A stretch of 64,000 bases of DNA from Lytechinus pictus (GCF_037042905.1 NC_087245.1:33854001-33918000), one strand, 5' to 3'; positions 35,736 to 49,393 are shown, counted from the first letter of the stretch. The notes: generated by a model not told the origin, from the sequence alone. Program-made: numbers and translations.

Positions 35736-38700
35736 GTCCAGGATAAAAGAAGCGTACTCTTATTTTTTGTTTCATATATACATTTTTTTTTGATGGTTTG
35801 TTGTCAATTCGAGGGTGCTGATTAAGAATCTGAATGATGCCACTCGTGTAACCTTGAGCATTTTATGAAAATTACCCATTGTTATATATAAGAATTTTAG
35901 GAGCAATTACATTCATTTTATTTAGTTATTTTCTCTTTAAGGATATTCATAGCATAAAATGTTTAAGAACATTCCAGAATGTCTCTTTAAAGCTTTGTTA
36001 GGCATGTCTATTTAATAGGCTGAATAATCTCTGTCATTTATGGAACGTAGACAATAGGCTAGTGGCAGTGAAAAGAACAATACAATTAGCTATGTTGTTG
36101 ACATTGTTAATTTTACTGAGGTCATTCACGGGTCTTCTTAAATTAGACTGCTCTAGAAATTGGCAGAATGTTCTTTTTGTAGACAATACTAGAAGCTTCC
36201 TGAATAGTGAATACTAGAAGCTTCCAGATTAGTGAAAATGTATGTATATAAGCTGACAGTTTCTTCAAGGACATCATCACATCAGATCAGAACTCAGAGT
36301 TTCACGCCAAACTTTATGTCAGAGCATAGTTTATTTCCACCTGGAATACAACATTTATCTTCTGTTGAATTATTTGCACGCCATCAATGAACTGTTTGCA
36401 TGCAGTTATTTTGAGAGAGGAATTCTCAGTTCTCATCGGGATCATCAGCCTGTTTTAATGAACGCTTTTCAACTCATGGATTGCTGAAATTGACTGTTAA
36501 TCATCATCAACATCGTCTTCACAGACATTTCATCTCGTTACAGTTACTCTTGTTATTCATCGTGCTTCAACGTCAATTTCATCATCGCCATCATTGTGAA
36601 CTTTAATTTAAGGAATTTTTTGCCAGCCAACTTGGATCTTATCTGGATTATATACTGGACTTTCATACCTTTTGATTATAATCAACACTTCAAGAGATGT
36701 AAGACCATTATTATTTTTTTATTTGTTTGTGTATGGTTGATTATTTCCTGTAATAAAAAAAGGAAATCAAATTTAAAACTAAATTTTCACTGTTATTTGT
36801 TGCAGTATTGTAACACCATAAAAATCATAAAAATTACCCGCACATTGGCTATAAAATGCATGAAATTGTGTGCCAGGGGTGAAATACTCTCTGAAAAAAT
36901 AGTTTTTTTACAATTTTTTTTTTCTGGATATTCAAAATTGTCGCCATAAGCCCCCGTATACTTTATTATATAGAGAAAACTCATTTTCACAAAAATTAGC
37001 ACTAAACTGCAGGAAATTGTGATCTATGAACGAAGTACTGTATGCAAATCATGACTAACGACATATATAATTTATTATGTCATGTATGGGAACATTGTTG
37101 TATTTTGATATATAAAATAGCCGCCACTGGCCCAAACAGTATTATGTACAATGGCAATGGGGGCCAAAGAAATCACAAGAGTGAGCACTAAAATGCATAT
37201 TATTAAGATAAACGAGTGGAATACTGTCTAAAACATAATTGTTAACAAAATATATTATTTAACAAGCCATGTATGTGATAAATGTTGTATTTTTATATTC
37301 AAAATGGCTGCCAAAGACCCTATAGCATTCATGTTGTAATTAGGCTCATGGTACCCATAATAGTATTTTGTACAATGAGAAAGAAGACCAAAGAACTAAC
37401 CAGAGGGAGCACTAAAATGCATATATATGTGATAAAGTAATGGGATACTGTTTAAAAACATTATTTTTAACGAAACATATCATTCAGGTGTCAAGTTTGT
37501 GTTTATTTATTTATTTATTGGTTTTATTCATTTTATACTGCAGGGTAGGCCTGTTCAGTTATGCAAAACTGCTTTCCAAAGGCGCCCTGCAGTTTAACAA
37601 AAAAATTAACATCATAGCAAATCAATGTATGTAACATATAATATAGTAAAAACAGAAAAGATTATATACATATAGAGAGAAATCAACAATTACTCATGGA
37701 ATCATTACATTTACATCAAGTTATTCAGTGTAATTACATGTATGAGTCAGAATTTTAATGATTTACAGTGTTTTTTAAATGCATGGAGGGACGTGCATTT
37801 TTGTATATCACAAGGGAGAGAATTAAATCTTCGGCAGAAACATATTCAAAAGATTTAATACTGCATTTTGACTGTTAAAATGGCCGCCATAGACATTGAC
37901 TGTATTGTGTATAATGCGAACTGGGAAACCAATATTCACAGGAGTGAGCACCATACATGCACGTAATAGTGATCCATGAGTAAAATATTGTCTGAAAGCA
38001 TGATTTCTAACAAGATATATCATTTATTATGCCAGTTAGGCGATAAATTCTGTATTTTTAAAGTAAAAATGGCCACTACAGGCCCTTACGGTGTTATGTA
38101 CAACGTGAATGGGAACGGATTTCAAAAGATTTTGGCTTTGCTTGACTACTGATGAAATATTGTCTGAAAACATGATTTTAACTATATCATACTTATATAA
38201 TTTAGGTGATAAATGCTATATTTCAACATTCAAAATGGCCGCCATTATGTCCTTTTGTGAAAATTATCTGTCCCCATTCAAATTGTATATTTTAAGGGCC
38301 TATGGTGACCATTAGAAACACGGTTTTAGACAATATTTCACCCTTACATCACAGTTATATGCAATATTTGTAGTCAAGCAAAGCCAAATTCTGTCAAGTT
38401 ACTAATCTGTCAACTCTGTCAAGTTACGAAGATCCTCATCGTACTATAAATTTCCATTAGGTTTGCTTTATGTCTTGTTGTTGATGTTTTTTATTTGTTT
38501 TGCTGTCTTTTCTTTTGTTCTTTTGCTACTTGCCGCATCCATTAAGAATCAATTTACTTTGGGTGTGAGCGTTTTAACAAGCCATCTCCTGGCTTTTTTA
38601 GTGCACTCCTGTTTCCCATTCATTTATCTTTCGTCCTGTTTTATATTGTTTCAATGATCTGGCAACAATACTTTGATTATCACTTTCGCTTGTATTTATT

Positions 38701-40103
38701 TATGTTTTAATGATATGTTTTAATTTCTATTGTCTTCTTTGTTTGTACATGATCATGATATCAACTTGTATTTTTAATGAATTGGAAATAAATGCTGAAT
38801 TGAAAATTATATGTCCCAAGTTACAATGTTCATAATAATTTTAGGACATATGGCAGCCATTTTGGATTTCAAAGTACAACATTTATTATCTCCAAGACCA
38901 AAATGTGATGTATGTAGTTAGAAATCATATTTTTACTCATACATTACAGTTACATGCATTTATGATTCTCACTCTTGTGAAAATTAGTTTTCCTATACGC
39001 ATGTTACATAATTTAGTTAGGGCTTGTAGCGGCTATTTTGAATGTACGGTCAAAATACAGTTTACAATTTATGACCTGCATGGCCGAAAAAATGATATAA
39101 TTCATAAGAATTATGTTTTCAAATAATATTTTACTCTTACAACGGGATTATACGGATGTCATAGTCAAGCAAATCCAAATTCTCACAAAATTATATGTCC
39201 CCATACATTGTAGATAATACTTTTAGGGCCTATAGGGGCCATATTGAATTTCACAATAGAGCATTTACTCATGCATAACAAAATAAATGATATGTCTCAC
39301 TAGAAATAATGTTTTTAGACAATATTTTACTCGTAGATCACAATTACATGTATTTTATGTTTCTTACTCTTGTGAAAATTAGTTTCTCCATTGGCATTGT
39401 ACATAATAAATAAAGGGCCTATGGCGGCCATTTTGAATTTCAAAATACAGCATTTATCACATACATGACATATTTAATAATATATTTCGTTAACAATTAT
39501 GTTTTTAGTCAGTATTCCACTCGTTTATCTTAATAATATGCATTTTAGTGCTCACTCTTGTGATTTTTGTTGCCTCTATTGCCATTGCACATAATACTGT
39601 TTGGGCTAGTGGCGGCAATCATGAATATCAAAATACAACAATTTTCCCATACTTGACATAATAATGATATATCACGTTAGTAATGGTGATTTGCATACAG
39701 TACTTCGTTCAATTATATCACGATTTCTTGCAGGAATAGTGCTCATTTTTGTGAAAATTAGTTTTTCATACTAATGTTGTACATTATGCAGTATACAAGG
39801 GACTATATGGCGGCCATTTTGAATATCAAGAAAATGAATATTTTGACAGAATACTATTTCAGAGAGTATTTCACTCCTGCCACACAATTTCATGCATTTT
39901 ATAGCCATTGTGCAGGTAATTTTATGATTTTCAAGAGTAATCTGCATATTTTGGCGGAAATATTGGATTTTGCGGAAAATGCTAAATGTTACACGAGTAG
40001 CATCATTCAGATTTGTAATCAGCACCCTCGAATTGACAAAAAAATCATAAAAAAATATTGTATGTATGAATTTAGTCAATTTTTTATAGAGCCTATCCTG
40101 GAC
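35736..40103. mobile_element. Large foldback DNA element with long inverted arms (AAAATGGCCGCC subrepeats), containing a solo LTR
   Basis: TA|GTCCAGGATA ... TATCCTGGAC|TA. With the LTR removed, 35736-37310 is the imperfect reverse complement of ~39420-40103. No ORF with recognisable motifs. Confidence 0.75.
35880..36815 (+). mobile_element. Solo LTR, copy 2
   Basis: TGTTA...TAACA termini and CCAT TSD on both sides. Homologous to 15690-16613. Confidence 0.88.
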
Positions 40104-40112
40104 TAAGTATCA

Positions 40113-40412
40113 GAGTCCCGTCTTCTACAAAGATTTGTGGTTAATCCAATCGAGATCAACTACTACTGAATGGAAATCGATCCTTGCCATATTGTTTTGC
40201 TCCAAGAAATCTGCACAACGCATTTCGTAAACAAAAAGGAAGCACAATGAATTACCAGGACAACGATGAATGTCGAGTATACTTCAAATTAAAAAAAAAC
40301 ATTTTGGGCAATCATGCATTTTATAAATTATGTTGCATGTTTACTCAAACTTATGGCTTGCCATAATTGTTGTTGATCAGATGAATCGTAACACTCTTTG
40401 TAAGACGGGACC
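40113..40412. mobile_element. Small MITE (possibly PIF/Harbinger-like)
   Basis: Imperfect TIRs GTCCCGTCTT(CT)ACAAAGA / TCTTTGTAAGACGGGAC. Confidence 0.6.
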
Positions 40413-42864
40413 CATGCCTTTTTCCCGAGGCTTTTGAGTGTAACGGCATTTCGAAATATTCACTAACGAAGTCCATTATTCCACATGATTAATTAGTAGA
40501 CTTTAAGTGATATTCGTCAGCTATATATTTGTTGCCCTACTTCTGTAACGCGTTTGTGTGGCTGAAAATCACTGCGATGCAACTCCCAACGCAATTAGTA
40601 ACTGTTCAGCGCAAGTTTTCAGCATTGTTTAATACCAACCGATAACTGCGTCACAGAAGGCGCGTCTCAGATCTGAAGTTGTTGACGTTTATATCCCTTA
40701 TTTGAATATTCATGAGCAACCTTGATAAATCATTGTTAAATTGGTCAAGGTGCTCATGTTATTATCATTATTTTGTATGAATCTACAGTGCTCTTTGTTA
40801 TTTATTTATAAAGTATGAATAAATTATCGTAAAAATATCGGGAAATGCCACTCGCGTCGCTTTTCCCCAAGTGTATATATTGGCCACATCTATCAACACT
40901 GATAAGACTATCTGGCAATTTTCCTATCAATTTAATTAGATTTGTGAGTGACTTTGGTTATAAGTCGAATAATTCCACAAGAAAAAATATTATATATTCA
41001 ATTGATAATACATATCTTTCATTCTTCTGCAAAGGTATAAAAGAGTCACTTTGAAATTTAGTTGTGTCCATAAAAAGCTGAAACTTCATGGAAAGATCTT
41101 TTTGAGTGATTGAAATGTTTTGATTGAAATATTTTAAAGATACCCCCTTTTGGAGAATTGACGTATACTATTGATTGTTATTGTCGTGTTGATTATTTTT
41201 TACCGATGATAATGCAATTAATTTTATTTGATTTTACTATACTGTAATGTTTGGTTATATTTGGGAACCATTAGTTAACAGTCTGCTTCCATCTTGAGTT
41301 CCACAATGTTTGTCAACTTGAACGTCTTCTTTGTATAGAAACCTATATTGCATCTTTGATTCCCCCACTGCCTCAATTTTTGGTATTATTACTTATTTTG
41401 TTGTCATTTATTGATTATAAGGATTGGGTAATTTTTCCCGATAATGCCTTAACATATGATTTCAGAGTTACGATTTCTATTACTTATCCTTTGAACTTTA
41501 ATAAGAAAAGGTTTCCCAAACTTTGTCACTCATACCTTTAAAAAATTGTAGACTTTTAATTAAAAAAAGTTTACCAAACTTTGTCACTTATCCTTTTTTT
41601 ATTTTTAAATAGTTTTCTGTACCCATATCTAGTCAAATCAGTTGAAAGTAGCTTCTTTTATTCATTATTTTCTTTACAAATGAAGTTTTGGATGCTAACA
41701 CGGTCTTATCTGATTATGGTGACACCGAAGAAAATAATTTAAAAAAAAAACCGCACCTCGAATTCGAGTTCAAGGGGCGCAATGCACAGCATACAATGGC
41801 ACAGATTTTCAAATAAACAAGTGCAATCATAATTATGTATCAAGACCTAATTCCATTACGAATGGACGGCATCTGTACTTTTAGAGGATGTTTTAATGAA
41901 ATCATTTCATTCCCTTTCAAGAGATTAAAGGTGCAAGGCTAAAGAAAGAATCACTTGACCTAGTCATAAAATACTATTTGCAACAAACAACAATCACTTA
42001 ATTATTTGTATTTTTATGTACACATATGTATATCATTTACTGTCGGGGCTCACAAGGCCTCAAACTATTCCGATCTCGAAGTCAAAACGATTTCTGACTT
42101 GAAATAATTTACTTTTTCATGTTCATTTACATTTTTTTAAGTTCAGAACTCAATAAATAACCTCATCCCGGTTGCTCCGTTTCTTCGCTACTGGCGTTCT
42201 TTTTTAGATCTGCCACTGATATGTAAGGTCAAGGCTTGATTTGGATCAAAATTTTAATCATTACAGATAATTTTTACTTAGAATGAACTGAGCTATATTA
42301 CCATGTACAAACTATATCATCATAATTACGGTTCTTTAGTGTTTGCCGAGCAAAGGACGTGTGTCCAGTTTGCATCTGCCGTTCAAAATAACTAAATATC
42401 GAAATTCCAGTCAATTACGCCTCCATGGGACGAAAAATGTTAATTTCGATTTCGAATCGTTATAACGTCATCATCGGCTGCGTCTTGAGGCCGATATGAC
42501 TTTACTCTGATCACGATTTGAGCAATAAACTTGAAGTAGAATTTTTAATTTAGCATGATACCTAACTTCAAAATGTAAGTAATTATAATTTTGAATAATA
42601 AATACTGCCAATGTAATTTTCATCTGCAAATTAAAGAATATCGAACCTGTAATCTAGAAATCAAGAAAATAGTCCATCTTTTCTATTTACAAACTTAGAA
42701 AAATGTGTAATCAGAACCCTCCTGACATGGTATGAAGTCAAGGTATAGGGTTTCGATTTGTCAGTTTCAGTTTTATCTCTTGTTTGGATCTTCAAGTAAA
42801 GAAAAGGAAATCGCACTAAAACTTCTTAACCGGGGGCATTTATAAGTTTTCTGTGAGGGATATG

Positions 42865-43119
42865 CTACATGGTACTGTTGATTGTCGAGTTCTTGGTGTT
42901 GGTACTTTTGCTATCGCCTTGGCTGGAGCTTGCATCCTTCCTTTTGATACCGAACTTCTCCTTCCACAGACCAATCACACGCTTGTTTAGACCGAAAGCA
43001 AGGAAAACGAAAACTCCTTGGAGAGAGTTGACTGCGGTGAAGATGTACCAGAGTTCTGGAACGTTGGCATACTCGCAGACGAAGCAAAAGATCCAAGTAA
43101 AGCCCATTACACTAGAAAG
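42865..43119 (-). CDS. Secretin/adhesion-class GPCR, exon 3 (TM6-TM7 and cytoplasmic tail)
   Basis: ctctag|CTT TCT AGT GTA ATG GGC TTT ACT TGG. Class B motifs LSSVMGFTW and NSLQGVFVF. Ends in TAG. Confidence 0.92.
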   Translation of the reverse strand, partial: LSSVMGFTWIFCFVCEYANVPELWYIFTAVNSLQGVFVFLAFGLNKRVIGLWKEKFGIKRKDASSSQGDSKSTNTKNSTINSTM

Positions 43120-43645
43120 CTAGAGACAGGAATATATATATGAACAAATGTAAGCAAGTCTACACTTGCACATGATCTACTGATGATGTAGAACAACTAA
43201 CACACTAACACGCTAAATGTGCTCTCACGTTTAGGTCTACATGTATATCATATACAATAAATTGGACAGGCTTGATTCATTAATAGAATTGAGATGGTCC
43301 TATTAAAAAAAAATCGCAAACTCCGATTTTAAAATCTGATGATCATAACCATGGGAACTATCTTGAAAGCATGATGATTGTTTTTCCTCATTCCATCATG
43401 GATATGATGATTTATAAATTCCTTAGTCTTTATACAATGTATGTCGTCATTATTGATGGAGCAGGCATGATAATGCTAAAACGAAACTGACACTAAACCG
43501 ACCAAAGGTAAGCCACCGGAAATAGCGTAGTGGATTGTGTCGGTCTATCTGGAGTCGGTTTCGCCTGGGTGTTCGTAGCATTTGGAACAAGTTTAGAGCA
43601 TTTCATTGAAATTTCATATTTCACCATCAAAATAGATTCACTTAC

Positions 43646-46038
43646 CTTGATATAAAGAGAAAGTTCTTCCTTTGCTCTGGCTAGAGCTGGCCTTTCTTTG
43701 AGGGCCTTCTCGGATGCCTTTTTGGTGAGTCGGATACCAACGACGGTGTCGCTGAAAAGAATTATGTTGAAAAACAGCAACGCAGCTAGAGGTACGCCAA
43801 AACCATACAGATTGGCATCACCACTGGATAGCCAACACAAACCTTCTCTTCCGTACTCAAAACTCAGGTCTGTGCACTCACAAAGATCAATCGTCAAACA
43901 GGCGCCAACAATCAAAGCTGGCGTTCCCCAGGAATAGAGAGAGTACCAGACGTAGAATATCTGGGATTTGCTGCCGACTCGGATCTTGGCACGGGACCCG
44001 AAGGTACGATTCAGATCAATAGCCAGCGCGTTCATCCAAAAGAATATTGAGAGCCAGAAGAAGTGGGATGCGGCTGACATTGCCTTACAAAAGCCCTTGC
44101 TATTGCTGCTGATCACTGCCAAACACATTAACACGAATACCATCAGGAGAGCAACGGACAGGGCGAGAATTGATTTTCCTGCCATGTTTCTGAGCTTGGG
44201 GAAAACTGTATAGGTGGTAATTACAGCGAGTACAGATATCATTGACAGTATAGTTCCTACCATAGTCATAATGTCCAGCCCTTCAGGTAGGCTTTGGTTT
44301 TGACCTTCGTTGTCTTTACGACAGTATAGAACCGAACCATTCTCAATACGCTCGAACTCCCCGTTCTCAATTATTCTGTTGTCAGTTTGCAAACGTATGG
44401 AATCTTCAGAGTCGTCAGTATATTCGAATTGTCCCGGATCAGCCATGAAGTATTCCTTGCAGGTTTGCAGAGAAATATTACGGCAAATATATTCTCCTCT
44501 TATTGAGGTCATTTCGTATGCCCCTGCCTCTCTGGTGATCTCCAACCTAAATGGAGGTAGCAGAGTTTCATTGGTCTTCCCTGTGAAGAAACTATAATAC
44601 GAGGCGCAAGTCCAATCAGCAGGAACATTTATTTCTATATCTGTCATGGAGACGTTCCCAAAAGAAGGTGTAAAATAGCACGCTGCGTCATCAATCCAAG
44701 AAGAAGCATTGGAAATGACGCTGATATTAGATTCAATCAAGGCAGAGAAATTAAGAGCTATTTGAAAGCAAGCCTGGCATGCTCTCGTTGAGATTGTCCC
44801 GTTCGATTCAAAACACCCTTCCTGATCGTAAGACTGTATTTCGGATCGATTACAAGACACCTGAAGCAGGTCTAACACGTCAGAATCCGTCAGCAAGTCG
44901 TACGATGATCCAATCAATAAAGAGTTCATCGCGTCTACGAGGTACTCCAAATCATCAGAAGTAACGTTCACCTCCGTCTCTTTATTTGACTGAGATTCGA
45001 AGGACAGACACACACCTCCTACTTCGTCAATAGGAAGGCGCTCGCAAGTTCCTGTAGTACCGTTATAGACAAATCCAGACAGGCAATACACGACCTGACA
45101 ATTCCTTGTCAGCGGATCAAAGGCCTCGTTGAGGGCACAAGAAAGAGTAGCAGATGTATCAGGACTGAAAGAAAAGTATTCCGCTAGCGATGGAAAATTT
45201 CGTCGTGATATCCTTAGTTCTGGACGCATCGATCTGCACAATGTTACATATTTATTACAGACATCTATACCGTTACATTTCGCGCAAGCCAAATTCTTAT
45301 ATATCGTCCCATTGTGCTTCACAGGTGCTAGATAAGAAGGACATGTGATTTCGGTATCTGGTTGTTCTGGATATTGCATGGGACACGTGGTAACGCTGAC
45401 ATTTAACGTACATGACCTGGGAGATAGGTGTTCATGTCTGTCTTCCGGTTCTTCAAGAGCTCGAGAACAATATCCAAGATTGATCAAATATTCCTCTGTG
45501 TAGTCAAGGTCATCAAGCTGAGACGATGTAACGTCAGGTAGCTCAACATTACATCGCCATTTTCCTTTCCATTCCTTGATGTTGGACAAGTCCACCCCGT
45601 GGCACATGGCGCAGTAAATGTTCTTGAAATGTCCAATGCTTTCCACCATCATCGGAGTGTGGAATACATCTGCTGCCGTCTGATACTCTTCACAATAAAG
45701 GCGAACAATGCTCTCACGTGGGACGTAGTCAGGGCATCTACTAATGAAGTTATAATACTCGAGACTTGTACTGTTCTCTCCGATTAAAAACCATTCTACC
45801 AGTATGGACTCACACCTCATGTAGGGTAGAAATTTCTCTATGAGAACGTTCTCGACTGGGACTTGATCAGAATACCATGGCGCATCATGGCAACAATCCT
45901 CAAAGAGAACACAATCGTCATCGCATTTACAGGGCTCAAGTTGTCGAGGTATCCGACATGAATAAAGTGATTCTTCGTCTGAACATGTCGGGTCGGGGTG
46001 AGGCTGTTCTTCCCCATCTTCTATGCATGTTAGTGGTT
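43646..46038 (-). CDS. Secretin/adhesion-class (Methuselah-like) GPCR, exon 2: somatomedin-B-like module, Cys-rich ectodomain, TM1-TM5
   Basis: ctttacag|AA CCA...ATC AAG|gtaagt, 2393 nt, open frame. Motifs CKCDDDCVLFEDCCHD, FKNIYCAMCHG, YKNLACAKCNG, LRNMAGK, HFFWLSIFFWMN, YSWGTP and CWL. Confidence 0.93.
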
Positions 46039-46365
46039 CTGTAAAGAAGAGCATACATGGATAAAAGAAAAAATATGCCAAGTTCAGTGGTTTCACGGTA
46101 CACCATGTATTTGTTTGTGGGTGTATTATGCCACTTCTGCAGAACTTGAATTCCCGGGAGGGAAGGGGGTTGCAAGATGGGGTAAAGGGGAGCTCACTAT
46201 TCACAATTGATAACTGACGTATTTTAAATAAGTGAAACTATCTTGGCAAACTTGTCAGCATTCCTGTTTTATCATCTCAAGATATGCACTGAAAAGGAAC
46301 GTATATCTGTTTTCCTGAAAAGAACTTTTTAAACAATTTTTTATGTCAAGTGTTTTGGGTAGGTA

Positions 46366-46498
46366 CACTGTAAAAAAACGAAGTGCTAATTTAGCACTTA
46401 CAGTGCTTGTATATAGTGACAGCACTACGAGTTCTGATTTTCTAGTTTAAATTTGAACTAGAAAATCAGCACCCGTAGTGCAGTCACTAAACAAGCAC
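46366..46498. repeat. Palindromic MITE remnant beginning CACTGTAAAAAA; ~96-bp near-perfect hairpin at 46403-46498
   Basis: GTGCTTGT..AGTGAC.GCACTACG..CTGATTTTCTAGTT is mirrored by AACTAGAAAATCAG..CGTAGTGC.GTCACT..ACAAGCAC. Confidence 0.7.
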
Positions 46499-46499
46499 A

Positions 46500-47692
46500 C
46501 AGGGTTTTCAGGCCTTAATATCAACAGATTTCGAGCTCTCATTGATATTAGATTGGTAAATAATAAGATAAAAGTTTAATGAATTCCTAATAATTAAATT
46601 GTCCTTTTTTCCAGAATGGAATATCGATATCGACAAGTTTCATCTCGCACTTAGGAAGAGGAGTAGGAAAATAGTCATTTTCATAATGATGACAAAATGT
46701 CCTTACAATTTCGTCAGGTGCTTGGTCTAAATATATCCATAATAAAAAAAAAATCGGCTCACGCTTCGCACTCGCATCATTTGTGAAATACGGCCCATAT
46801 CCACTTCACAATTTTCCTTCGATGCTTGAAATAGTGCTTAAATTGACCTTCTTCAGATCGCCATCAAATTTTTTTTCAGCTCGCGCATTATTGATTTTCA
46901 TAATAAAAGAAATATATTTAGAATGCCTAGATTCTAGGTCTAAATCTAAAAAAAACACGCGCACACAATAGATATACAGATTTTTTTTATTCAAAACGTG
47001 CTTGAATTATCCAGTTTCTTGTATATCAGAATATCAAAAATGTTCTTCTCGCGCTTCGCGTCGCATCATTAATGGAGGAAGATACCCAATTAGTCATCTT
47101 TTCGTAATAGTGTGTCCCGTTTTGGGTCTAAATCTCATTTTTTCGCTCTCGCTTCGCGCTCGCATGAAATGTTTCGTTATATTATATATAATACCTATCA
47201 TATTTATGACTACAAAAAGTGCTTAGAATGTCAGATTTTTAGGTCGAAATGTCGAAAATTTTCAGCTCGCATTATTTGATTATTGAAATGTATCGTTTTC
47301 AAGAATAGCTGCAAACAGTCCTTAAGGTCTGTTTTCCATCAGGACAGAACGTATATTAAAAATTTATGCTCGCCATCTACTCTCGCAGTAATTATTTAGT
47401 TACATACACATCTTGTTCACGATCACAATTATTGCTCAGAATGTTCAATTTTCAGGATAAAATACATGAAATTTCCTTTAAAAAATTAGCTCGCGCTTCG
47501 CGCTCATAGAATCAATTAGGGCTTATAATATATTTATGTTTTGTGAGAATAAAGCAAAGAAGTGACTGTTAGGTCTACCCCTTCAAAGAAACAAATCAAA
47601 ATCAACTTTGAGCGGCCGATCAGGGAAAATATGGGTAATTCCCCTCCCCCCCCCCCCCCCTCCCCCATTGGCAAAAGCTGGATTCGCCCCTG
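46500..47692. mobile_element. Degenerate hAT-like non-autonomous element with GCGCTTCGCGC subrepeats
   Basis: Same subrepeats as 23050-24184. Ends ...GGATTCGCCCCTG after a poly-C run. Left boundary uncertain. Confidence 0.55.
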
Positions 47693-48114
47693 TTTATGAT
47701 GGAGAAAAACACATCATTCACAATCGAAATAATACATGTATTTTGGACTAAGTGACCTTACATTTTTGGTGAAACCTTTTTTTTTTTGCTTGTCAAATTT
47801 TCCAGCCCCTGGTCAACCTACCTTTCGGTATCAAAGGGATCCCCCTTCTTTTATTGTAAACAAGTGACGTTATAAGGGCATGAAGTCATCCACTTAAATA
47901 TTGTATCTTAATATGTTCTGTCAATTACTTTTTTCAGAGAGGACACTTGTGGAGAGAAATTGATATGAAATCATTGAAACATGTACTTGTCTAAGAAAAA
48001 ATGATAAGTGGATTTATGGGTTTGCTGCGTGTAAACAAAATAACGTTCACAGAGACAAAAAAATTATTCTGAAGTAACATCTTACTCAGTTTAAACATAG
48101 AAAGTCAAAAAGGG

Positions 48115-48153
48115 GCCTAAGCTTTCGATCCTAGCAGAATCTTCGTCGGAGGC
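48115..48153 (-). ncRNA. Minimal type I hammerhead ribozyme variant (orphan, probably a Penelope-like pLTR remnant) in GPCR intron 1
   Basis: Minus strand reads GCCT-CCGACGAA-GATTCT-GCT-AGGATC-GAAAGCTT-AGGC: stem I GCCT/AGGC, 6-bp stem II, then GAAA with palindromic AAGCTT. Confidence 0.72.
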
Positions 48154-48989
48154 AAAATGACAAACATATAAAGTGGAACAACCATAATATAGACCACAAA
48201 CAAGCTACAGCAACGCTAGAAACAAGGAGACAAAAGGGGCATTAGTGAGTAGAGAAGACCAATCAGGTTAGTGAAGGGGATGAAAGAAAAGGAGTAGGCA
48301 GACGCAAAGGGAAGTTAGTGTAAGTAAGGCCAGTAAAAGACCTCAAGCCAAGAGGGATTAAAATAATGAGGCAGGCAACATCAAACAGGATCTGGAACAA
48401 AACAGTGATAATGGGATGAAAAACAAGAGAATTAGTGAGAGGTGGGTCAAACAGGTTACAAAGAAAGGCTTAATAAACTGGTGCATAAGAGTGGGGGAAA
48501 AAAAGAAAAAGAATGGGGAACAACTGATAATGTGCAAAAGACATATAAGTATATATGATAAAGCATTAAACAAACTAAGAGAAGAAGGTAAGTGTAAATA
48601 TGTATCTATCAGTTTAAACATATTAAAAATACCGAATTCGGAGAGGACATTTTCGTACAAGATTGGCACTCTATTTTGGGTTGAGTTTCTCGGGTTTTCG
48701 AATTTTAAACAATCGTATTTCTGATTGCCGGTAAAACAGGGGCTATGATTGCTCATGAAAAAGATGCACTGGCTCAGAATTAAAAAAAAGAAACAAATAA
48801 GACAGTAATTTTGGACCTAAAATGCCAGATATGGTCAATATTTGTGTAGGTTGCTCGAACAGTGTTCAATAGCTTGTCATCGTAGATTTGAGATATGAAA
48901 CAACACCTATTCAAAAACATCACATCTCGAAAACTAGATATTACTTCATGATCATGATCCAAAATATTTTACAAGACCTTGTCATGCCT

Positions 48990-49322
48990 TATAAACCAGC
49001 TCGTTGCCTGAGATCATTACTCCCAAAAAATCTGTAGCCTATCAGGTGCGTGAGCTTTCTCTGCTGCAGCACCTTCCCTTCGGAATGATTTGTCACTGAA
49101 TTTAAGAATTATATCATCACTGGAGACTTTCAAATCTAAATGAAGTCTTAACTTTTCTCACAGTGTTATTGGCACTTTGACCCTCATTCATCCAAACTAT
49201 CTCATTCTGTCTTTTTCTTGTGCGCCACGGAATAGAATATTTCTAGATAGATGGCGCCATGCCTATTATTATTATTATTAATTATTATCATCATCACCAT
49301 TATTATTATTATTACTATTATT
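48990..49322 (+). mobile_element. L2 LINE 3' fragment
   Basis: Encodes GA*AFSAAAPSL.NDL..NLR and FKSK remnants, then GCGCC...GGCGC and an (ATT)n tail. Confidence 0.6.
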
Positions 49323-49393
49323 AGTGTCCTTACAAATACGACAACGGAGAAAAAGAATACAGAAAATTCACTGACATTCTAACGATAACTTAC

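Noticed and set aside
15690..36815. A single 21-kb LTR retrotransposon
   Set aside because: Each LTR has its own TSD, and host exons rather than gag/pol lie between them.
46039..46204. N-terminal 55 aa of the 903-aa ORF, and its C-terminal run-on at 43493-43645
   Set aside because: Intronic read-through beyond clear splice sites. The signal-peptide exon at 49394-49490 and exon 3 fit in phase.
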